Source: Candidatus Sericytochromatia bacterium
GTDB taxonomy: Bacteria > Cyanobacteriota > Sericytochromatia > S15B-MN24 > UBA4093
Length of the DNA: 64,000 nucleotides
Direction of reading: 5' to 3'
Assembly (NCBI GenBank): GCA_036676985.1
Contig: JAKFBU010000038.1
Span: 160,001-224,000 of the forward strand
The position numbers and the translations under genes are program-made. Positions 57,528 to 64,000 of the stretch are shown here, piece after piece (the stretch's first letter is position 1; every line of letters begins with the position of its first letter). The notes beneath the pieces are model-generated. The model did no database searches. It was not told where the DNA came from and saw only the letters and a list, made by a program, of their open reading frames with translations.

Positions 57528-58181
57528 ATGAAGATTACATCCGCCGCGATCGCGGCCACCGCGGTCCAGCGATCGCAGTACCCCAAGCCCCCCTTGCCCG
57601 CCATCGCCCTGGTGGGGCGTTCCAACGTGGGCAAGTCGTCCCTCATCAACTGTCTGTTGAACCGCAAGAGCCTGGCGCGTACGAGCTCGACGCCGGGCAA
57701 GACGGCGACCATCAACTTCTATCGCGTCAACGAGGCCTTCGACCTGGTGGACCTGCCGGGCTACGGCTATGCCCAGGTCTCCCGCGAGAAGAAGGGCCAG
57801 TGGGCCAAGTTCATCGAGGAGTTCCTGATCCATTACGAGCGCTTGCACGGCGTGATCCAGGTGATCGACGTGCGCCATCCGCCCTCGGATCTGGACGTGC
57901 AGATGTTCGAATGGCTGCAGGCGGAGGGGATCCCCACCACGGTGGTGGCGACCAAGGCGGACAAGATCGGCCGGTCCAAGTGGGAGGCGCACCGCAAGGT
58001 CTGTGCCGAGGCCCTGCTGTTGACCGAGGCGCCGCGCGATGCGCTGATCGTGGCCTCGTCGGAGCTCGGGGAGGCCAAGGATCGGATCTGGACCCGCATC
58101 GGGGCCTACCTGGCGGAGAAGCCCCTGCGCATGGAGGTGCCGTCCCTGGTGGGCGACGCGACCGACGAGGAAGAGGCCTAG
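57528..58181 (+). CDS. engB: Ribosome biogenesis GTPase YihA/YsxC
   Basis: GRSNVGKSSLIN, SSTPGKT, DLPGYGYA, TKADK. Confidence 0.95.
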   Translation: MKITSAAIAATAVQRSQYPKPPLPAIALVGRSNVGKSSLINCLLNRKSLARTSSTPGKTATINFYRVNEAFDLVDLPGYGYAQVSREKKGQWAKFIEEFLIHYERLHGVIQVIDVRHPPSDLDVQMFEWLQAEGIPTTVVATKADKIGRSKWEAHRKVCAEALLLTEAPRDALIVASSELGEAKDRIWTRIGAYLAEKPLRMEVPSLVGDATDEEEA

Positions 58182-58182
58182 G

Positions 58183-58374
58183 CTAGGCGGTCGCGCAGAG
58201 CTCGGACAGCGGCAGGATGGACTGCCTGTTGTCCACGATCTGGGTGACGCGGACCTGCTCCTTGCCGATGAGCGTCACCGCGAGCTTGCAGCTCTCGCAG
58301 CAGTACCCGAGCCACTTGTGGACCCGGGTCAGCCGCGACCGGCACTGAGGGCAAATGTAGTTGTTGAGCAGCAT
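58183..58374 (-). CDS. Small zinc-ribbon protein
   Basis: ATG after GGGGAGG; CPQC...CESC in 63 aa. Confidence 0.6.
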   Translation of the reverse strand: MLLNNYICPQCRSRLTRVHKWLGYCCESCKLAVTLIGKEQVRVTQIVDNRQSILPLSELCATA

Positions 58375-58481
58375 ACAGGCCTCCCCTCTTGTCCATCCCT
58401 GGGGACAGTATTCCCGCGCCACATTGCGCGAAGATTACAAAATGGCCTCCCATGCGTGTTGTTCGTTGTAAAGGAGTCGGG

Positions 58482-58934
58482 GTGGCCCACCGCGACTGGA
58501 TGAAACAGGCGATCGAGCTGGCCGAGCAGGCGCGCGCCTTGGGGGAAGTTCCCGTCGGCGCGGTGCTCGTGTGCGACGGCGAGCTCGTCGCCGCCGGCTG
58601 GAACACCCGCGAGTCCGCCCCCGATCCGACAGGCCATGCCGAGTTGATGGCCTTGCAGAAGGGGGCCCAGGCGCTAGGGCGCTGGCGTCTGACGGGCTGT
58701 ACCCTGTACGTGACCCTGGAGCCCTGTCCCATGTGCGCGCCCGCCATCGCGCAGGCGCGCCTGGATCGGGTCGTCTTCGGCGCCTACGATCCCAAGCTCG
58801 GGGCGGCGGGATCGGTGTTCAGCCTGATCGAGCGCCCCGAGTACAACCACCGGGTCGAGGTCATCGGCGGGGTGATGGAGGCGGAGTGTCGCGCTCAGCT
58901 GGCGGGCTTCTTCGCCGATCGTCGGGGGCGATGA
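58482..58934 (+). CDS. tadA: tRNA adenosine(34) deaminase
   Basis: GEVPVGAV, DPTGHAE, LYVTLEPCPMC, DPKLGA; GTG start after AAGGAG. Confidence 0.92.
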   Translation: MAHRDWMKQAIELAEQARALGEVPVGAVLVCDGELVAAGWNTRESAPDPTGHAELMALQKGAQALGRWRLTGCTLYVTLEPCPMCAPAIAQARLDRVVFGAYDPKLGAAGSVFSLIERPEYNHRVEVIGGVMEAECRAQLAGFFADRRGR

Positions 58935-58958
58935 ACGGTCCCGGGGCCGGTCCGGAGG

Positions 58959-58987
58959 TTGACGACCGGTGTGATGCTTGGTATAGT
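58959..58987 (+). promoter_or_regulatory. Sigma70 promoter of the tRNA gene
   Basis: TTGACG-N17-TATAGT with an extended TG. Confidence 0.75.
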
Positions 58988-59025
58988 TTACACACGTCGG
59001 GCGTCACACCTCGGCGGCCAAACCT

Positions 59026-59107
59026 GGAGGGTAACCGAATGGTGAGGAGGCTGACTCGAAATCAGTTACCCCGCAAGGGGCTGTGGGTTCGAATCCCATG
59101 CCCTCCG
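59026..59107 (+). tRNA. tRNA-Ser(CGA)
   Basis: Acceptor GGAGGGT/GCCCTCC, anticodon arm GCTGA-CTCGAAA-TCAGT, long variable arm CCCC-GCAA-GGGG, T arm GTGGG-TTCGAAT-CCCAT, discriminator G; CCA not encoded. Confidence 0.9.
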
Positions 59108-59113
59108 CTAAAA

Positions 59114-59150
59114 GGGGCGTCCTGAGAAATCAGGGCGCCCTGTTTGGTTT
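59114..59150 (+). terminator. Terminator after the tRNA
   Basis: GGGGCGTCCTGA-GAAA-TCAGGGCGCCCT followed by GTTTGGTTT. Confidence 0.65.
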
Positions 59151-59175
59151 CTCCGGGGCTTCCGTCATACCAACG

Positions 59176-59284
59176 GATCTACCCCCCATCCCCCCTGCTA
59201 GGGGGGGCACCGCTCATTGGCACAACCCCTCGATGGGAAGCCACAGAATGCCCCCCCTAGCAAGGGGGGGAGGGGAGGTAGATC
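59176..59284. repeat. Small palindromic C/G-tract dispersed element (copy 2)
   Basis: Arms GATCTACCCCCCATCCCCCCTGCTAGGGGGGGCA ... TGCCCCCCCTAGCAAGGGGGGGAGGGGAGGTAGATC; same design as 30187-30312. Confidence 0.7.
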
Positions 59285-59303
59285 AGTAGCGGAACACGAG
59301 CGC

Positions 59304-60956
59304 TTAGGCCGGCGCCGCCTCTTCCTTCGGCGGCAAGAACCGCTCCAGCGGGATGCTGAGATCCGCCATCTCCAGGAGCAGCTCGCGCGGCGGCAGCTCG
59401 TTGCGGTTCAGGTCCACGGGCCCCATGTCCGCCATCGCCCGGAAGAAGCCCGCGACCACCTCCGGATCGAAGTGCCCGCCCGCACAGCGACGCATCTCGA
59501 CGAGCGCGTCCATGATGGGCATGCGCTGCCGGTACTTGCGATCGCTCGTCAACGTATCGAAGGCGTCCGCCAGGGCCAAGATGCGGCCGCCGACCGGAAT
59601 GGCGTCCCCCTTCAGCTTGCGCGGATAGCCCATGCCGTCGAACCGCTCGTGGTGCGAGCAGGCGGCATCCGCCACGTCGCGCAGCTGCTTGAAGGGCTCC
59701 AGGATCCGGTAGCCCTTGCCGGGATGCTGCTTGATGATCATGAACTCCTCGTCCGTCAGACGGCCGGGCTTGTTCAGGATGTCGTCCGGGATGCCGATCT
59801 TGCCGATGTCGTGCAGGATGCCCGCGAGCTTGATGCGCTGGCACTGCTCGCTGCCGAGCCCCATGGCCACTGCCGTCAGGAAGCCGTACTGCGCGACGTT
59901 CTCCGAGTGGTTGGCCGTGTACTTGTCCTTGCTGTCCAGGGCCCGCGCGAGCCCCTTGATGGTCTCCAGGCTCGCGTCGTTCAGCTGCTCGAAGAGCGCG
60001 TGGTTGTCGTAGGACAGCCCCAGCTTGCGGCCCACCTGCTCCAGGAGGTCCAGCTCGTCCTGCGTGAAGTCCGCGCCGTTGCGCTTGTTGAAGGCCTGGA
60101 TCAGGCCGTAGTGCTGCCGGTGGCTGTGAATGGGGGCGATCGCCACCTGGCGCTCCCGGCAGAGGTCCTGGCCTGCGCCGATCTCGGCGGCGATCGCCTC
60201 CGCGTTGCGGGTCTCGACCGTGCGGATGGCGGCGAGCTGGTTGGCGAGCTTGCCGCACGCATGGCCCGTGAGGCAGCCACCGCTCGCATACGGGCAGCCC
60301 TCGGCCACGATGACGTCGAGCCCCTGTGCGCGCTTGGCCTTGGGCGCGACGAAGAGGAGGACCCGCTCGACCTCCAGCACGCGCTGCAAGAGCCGCGTGG
60401 TCTCGGAGAGCACCTGCGGCAGCTCGGGCATCAGCATGATCTGGTCGAGCTCGGAGAGGAACGCCTGGTGAGCTTCGTTGCGCGTGGCGAGGGTGAGGAG
60501 GGTCTCGGTCTCCATCAGGGCCGTCACCTGGGGCACGAAGGCGCCGATGTAGGCCTCCTCCTCGGGCGTGAACTCGCGCACGTGGCCGGAGCCGAGTGCG
60601 AGGACCCCGAGGGCCGTGTCGCGGACGATGAGCGGGATGAAGAGGAGGGTCGGCAGGCGCCAGTCCGCGATCTCGGGCGGCATCTCGAAGCCGTGCTCCG
60701 AGGCCGCATCCTGGACGAAGATGGGGCGGCGCTGCAGGGCGATGTACTCGAAGAAGGGCAGCTGGTTGCGCCCCGGCGCCGAGAGCTCGCGCATGGGTCG
60801 CCCGATAGGGACGAGCACCGCCCGTTCCATGTCGATGAGGCGCTTGGCCGCATCGTAGAGGTACTGGCGGCGTTCGGCGAGATCGTCGATGGCCGTGACC
60901 TCGCCGAACAGCTTGGCGAGCTCTTGCCACCGTTCCAAGGAGTGCGCAGGGCTCAT
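59304..60956 (-). CDS. GAF + HD-GYP cyclic-di-GMP phosphodiesterase
   Basis: Two GAF-like regions; KDKYTANHS, LHDIGKI, HHERFDGMGYP, LADAFD. Confidence 0.92.
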   Translation of the reverse strand: MSPAHSLERWQELAKLFGEVTAIDDLAERRQYLYDAAKRLIDMERAVLVPIGRPMRELSAPGRNQLPFFEYIALQRRPIFVQDAASEHGFEMPPEIADWRLPTLLFIPLIVRDTALGVLALGSGHVREFTPEEEAYIGAFVPQVTALMETETLLTLATRNEAHQAFLSELDQIMLMPELPQVLSETTRLLQRVLEVERVLLFVAPKAKRAQGLDVIVAEGCPYASGGCLTGHACGKLANQLAAIRTVETRNAEAIAAEIGAGQDLCRERQVAIAPIHSHRQHYGLIQAFNKRNGADFTQDELDLLEQVGRKLGLSYDNHALFEQLNDASLETIKGLARALDSKDKYTANHSENVAQYGFLTAVAMGLGSEQCQRIKLAGILHDIGKIGIPDDILNKPGRLTDEEFMIIKQHPGKGYRILEPFKQLRDVADAACSHHERFDGMGYPRKLKGDAIPVGGRILALADAFDTLTSDRKYRQRMPIMDALVEMRRCAGGHFDPEVVAGFFRAMADMGPVDLNRNELPPRELLLEMADLSIPLERFLPPKEEAAPA

Positions 60957-61016
60957 GGATCGCTCCCTCTAGCTAGGTGCTCCGCCCCTTGTGCGGACCT
61001 AGGGCTTCCTGCGGCG

Positions 61017-61057
61017 AAAAGAAAACGGCGCGCCACAGCTCATGCCGCGGCGCGCCG
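61017..61057 (-). terminator. Intrinsic terminator
   Basis: CGGCGCGCC...GGCGCGCCG stem followed by TTTTCTTTT on the minus strand. Confidence 0.65.
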
Positions 61058-61064
61058 AAAGCCC

Positions 61065-61883
61065 TTACCAGGGCATGCTGATGCTGCTCGTGGCGTCCGG
61101 GTTCTCGAGGAGCTTGACGGTCCACTTGCCGTTCTGGCCCGTGCAGTTGGCCACACGGTTGGACGTCGAGCCGCTCTTGTCCTTGGCGACCCAGCCCGTG
61201 CCGTTGTGGTTGGAGTCCACCTCGAGGTGGGTGTAATGCTGCACGTTGTTGATCATGACCGGGCCCGTGATCTTCCAGACGGTGGTGCTGGGGCCCGTCA
61301 CGGAGAACGTGAAGTCCACCGGCGTGTTGGTGCCGTCCTTGGAGAAGAGCATTTCGCCCTTGAGGCCCTGATCCGACGAGTCGGCCGACAGAGCGAGCGT
61401 CCCCGTGATGTGGGCGCCCTGGAGCGCCGGGATCTTGGTGGCCGTCGTCACCGTCAGGTCGAACTCGAAGGCCCGGTAGATGTTGTCTTGCTTGTTCGAG
61501 CCCACGATGGTGCCATCGGCCACCAGGTCGCCGGTGCCGAACGGCCCAGTCGCGGTGTCCGTCTCGGAATTGAACGAAACGCCGCTCTGGATCACGTAGG
61601 CCGCCGCCTGCTGGAGTCCGGCTGCCTGCTGCAGGCCCGCGGTGGGGCCGTTGAGGATCACGCCGAAGCCCGCCGCCTGCTGGAGGTTGGCCGCGAAGCC
61701 CGCCGCCTGCTGCAACTGCGCCTGGGTATCGATGACCTGGCCACCGGTGTTGCCGGTGTTGACGTTGGTATTGGTGCCCGGCTTGTTCGTGGCCGGAGGC
61801 GTCAAGAGCTTGGTCAGGTCCGCGCAACCCGCGCCGACTACGACCGTGGCGCCGATGAGCGAGGCGAGGAACAGTTTCCGCAT
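61065..61883 (-). CDS. Lipoprotein with four LQQAA(G/A) repeats and a beta-rich C-domain
   Basis: TAAGGAG RBS; lipobox GAGC; LQQAAG x3 and LQQAAA at 61587-61715. Confidence 0.78.
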   Translation of the reverse strand: MRKLFLASLIGATVVVGAGCADLTKLLTPPATNKPGTNTNVNTGNTGGQVIDTQAQLQQAAGFAANLQQAAGFGVILNGPTAGLQQAAGLQQAAAYVIQSGVSFNSETDTATGPFGTGDLVADGTIVGSNKQDNIYRAFEFDLTVTTATKIPALQGAHITGTLALSADSSDQGLKGEMLFSKDGTNTPVDFTFSVTGPSTTVWKITGPVMINNVQHYTHLEVDSNHNGTGWVAKDKSGSTSNRVANCTGQNGKWTVKLLENPDATSSISMPW

Positions 61884-61919
61884 GAGAGTCTCCTTATCGA
61901 TAGGTTGCTAGGTAAGTTG

Positions 61920-61944
61920 TTTCCCAAACGACGCGATCTTAAAC
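61920..61944 (-). promoter_or_regulatory. Putative SigB/SigF-type promoter
   Basis: GTTTAA-N13-GGGAAA, matching GTTTAA-N12-14-GGGWAW. Confidence 0.55.
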
Positions 61945-61964
61945 CCTCCAGGCGGAAAGGCCGC

Positions 61965-64000
61965 CTAGGATGCGGGGATGAAGGCCGCCAGCTTCTCGAG
62001 CTCCAGGGCGGCGCCGATCTCCTCGAAGCGGCTTTTGGCTTCGTTGATGGCGGTCTCGGCGCCCGCCAGGTCGCCCTGCGCCCGCAGGACCGTGGCGAGC
62101 TGGGCGTAGGCGCGACCCAGCTCCAGGGGCATGTCCAGCGCCGAGACCAGCTCGATGGCGCGCTCGGCCTCCTGGCGGGCCGAGTCGAGCGAGCCTTCCA
62201 GCAGATGGACCTCGCTCAGGATGCGCGGAATCAGGGCCTTGGTGCCGTCGTCGCCGACTTCCACCGCGTAGCGGTCCGCGTCCTCCAGGAACTTTCGGGC
62301 CTCTGCCGGCTGCTTGGCTTCGGTCCAGACCCGGCCGATGGTCATGTAGACCTCGGGGTAGACCTCCTTGGAGTCGAGCTCGTGGAAGATCTCGAGGGCC
62401 TGTTGCATGGACGCCAGCGCGTCAAGCGGAGTGCCGCGCCGCGAGCGCACCTCTCCGATGTTGAAGAGCACGATGCCCACGCCGAGGCGATCGCCAATCT
62501 TCTGCTTGCTCTCGAGCGCCTTGTGGAAGTGCTCCTCGGCCTCGCCGAGCTCGCCCTGGTTCAGGAGCAACGTGCCGTGGTTGTTGTGGACCAGGCTGAC
62601 GAAGTACGGGTCGCCGATGCGCTCGTAGGCCACCAGGCTGCGCCGGTAGTACTCGTCGGCCTCCTGGTACTCGCCGCGGTTGGAGTAGATGTTCGCCAGG
62701 CTGTTGTAGCAAGCCGCGATGCCGCCCAGATCCTTGCAGGCCTCGCGGTACTGCAGGGAAAGTCGGGTGTGGTGGATGGCCCGCTCGACATCGCCCCGGC
62801 GGTTGTAGCTGATGCCCAGGTAGGAGTGCGCGAGGCCCTGCTCCTTGGCCATGTCCGTGCCTTCCATGAGCTCGAGCGCCTCGGTGCTGAGCCGCACGCA
62901 ATCGTCGTGCTGGCCCAGACGGTACTTCACGTAGCCCATCTTGGCGAGCAAGGGAGCGCGCGAGAGCTTGTCCTCGGTCGGGAAGACGCTCAGGCCCTCC
63001 TGGTAGCAGTCGAGGGCCGCCTCGAACTCGCCCTTGCGCTCATGGGCATCCCCCTTGGTCCTGAGCACGCTCGCCTTGGACTCGTGGGTGGGGGCGAGAT
63101 CGAGGGCCCGGGACAGGATATCGAAGGCTCCGTCGAACTGTCCGAGCAGCGTGAGGACCTGACCCAAGAGCCACTTCACCTGCCACTTGGCGGGTGCCGG
63201 CTGCTCGGGAAGGTTCTTCATGACCTCGATGGCCCGCTCCAGATCCGCCCGGGCGCGCGACAAGTCGTAGAAGTCGAAGGCGCGCTTGCCGGACAGGTAG
63301 AGGAACTTGAGGGCGGGGGCGTTCTGCTCGGCCAGGAGGTAGTGGTGCGCCAGGAGGTGGGCATTCTCCTCCAGGTGATCGGCATAGAGGGCCTCGAGGG
63401 CCCGGCCCGTCCGGCCGTGGATCTCCTTGCGGCTGCTCATCAGGAGGCTCTGATAGGCGACCTCCTGGATGAGGGGCTGGGTGAAGGCGAAGTCGCCCTG
63501 CGAGTTGCGATACAGGAAGCCGAGCTTGCACAGCTCGAGGAGGGCCTCGAGGTTGTCGTTGGCCCGCAGGCAGACCTGCTCGATCATGGCCAGGGAGAAC
63601 GTGCGACCCAACAGCGCGCCGACCTGCAGGAGCCCCTTGAGGTCCCGGTTGAGCCGATCGAGGCGGGCCGCGACCGCGCCGTGGATGGTGCTCGGGAGCT
63701 TGATGTCCGCGCCGGAGGTCGCGAGCGTCCATCCGCTCGGTCCCTGCAACAGCATCTTGCTGTCGATGAGCGACGTGACGAGCTCGTGCAAGTAGAAGGG
63801 ATTGCCCGACGAGCGCTCCAGGACCTGCTGGATGAGCTTGCCGAGCTCGCTGTCTCCCGAGAGATCCTCGGGCGAGGCCTTGAGGATCGACGCCACGATG
63901 TCCAGGCAGTCCAGCAAGTCCATGGGGCGCAGCTGCACGACCGTGAGGTCCTGCTTCCAGTGGTCGCTCGGGACCGGGTTCGCCTCCGGGCGGTGCTGGC
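61965..64000 (-). CDS. STAND-ATPase C-terminal region + TPR protein, paralog of 5777-9262 (5' end outside the window)
   Basis: SGNPFYLHELV, LPSTIHGAVAARLDRL, EVAYQSLL, LAHHY and TPRs align with the 5777-9262 protein; the frame is open to the window edge. Confidence 0.88.
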   Translation of the reverse strand, partial: QHRPEANPVPSDHWKQDLTVVQLRPMDLLDCLDIVASILKASPEDLSGDSELGKLIQQVLERSSGNPFYLHELVTSLIDSKMLLQGPSGWTLATSGADIKLPSTIHGAVAARLDRLNRDLKGLLQVGALLGRTFSLAMIEQVCLRANDNLEALLELCKLGFLYRNSQGDFAFTQPLIQEVAYQSLLMSSRKEIHGRTGRALEALYADHLEENAHLLAHHYLLAEQNAPALKFLYLSGKRAFDFYDLSRARADLERAIEVMKNLPEQPAPAKWQVKWLLGQVLTLLGQFDGAFDILSRALDLAPTHESKASVLRTKGDAHERKGEFEAALDCYQEGLSVFPTEDKLSRAPLLAKMGYVKYRLGQHDDCVRLSTEALELMEGTDMAKEQGLAHSYLGISYNRRGDVERAIHHTRLSLQYREACKDLGGIAACYNSLANIYSNRGEYQEADEYYRRSLVAYERIGDPYFVSLVHNNHGTLLLNQGELGEAEEHFHKALESKQKIGDRLGVGIVLFNIGEVRSRRGTPLDALASMQQALEIFHELDSKEVYPEVYMTIGRVWTEAKQPAEARKFLEDADRYAVEVGDDGTKALIPRILSEVHLLEGSLDSARQEAERAIELVSALDMPLELGRAYAQLATVLRAQGDLAGAETAINEAKSRFEEIGAALELEKLAAFIPAS

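Noticed and set aside
59026-64000. Genomic island integrated at tRNA-Ser
   Set aside because: No integrase next to the tRNA and no duplicated tRNA 3' end seen within the window.

Overview
High-GC (about 68-70% by eye), diderm bacterial chromosome segment. The lptC-lptA-lptB-lptF/G arrangement, many orphan lipoproteins and lack of photosynthesis genes tentatively suggest a non-photosynthetic cyanobacterial relative such as Sericytochromatia (inference only). Ordinary content: a branched-chain acyl-CoA/leucine catabolic cluster in two parts (2.8-5.8 kb and 23-33 kb), LPS transport, ahcY, glnA, engB, tadA, tRNA-Ser(CGA), several signalling genes and transporters. The most notable feature is 9.3-22.9 kb (minus strand): three diverged tandem copies of a four-gene cassette, in transcription order [A: beta-rich lipoprotein]-[B: lipoprotein with NHL beta-propeller]-[C: predicted outer-membrane beta-barrel]-[D: lipoprotein with TTVAPL repeats/LQQAAG motif]. 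It sits directly upstream of a zinc-ribbon/adenylate-cyclase/STAND-ATPase/TPR gene. All nine A, B and D lipoproteins carry an R-x-[VT]-[QL] motif after their first strand, and A and D end in a hydrophobic beta-strand, reminiscent of type V (lipoprotein) pilins. A second STAND-TPR paralog at the far end of the window is next to a lipoprotein with four LQQAA(G/A) repeats, linking the two loci. No CRISPR array, transposase, integrase or rRNA is visible. All functional calls come from motif recognition without database searches.
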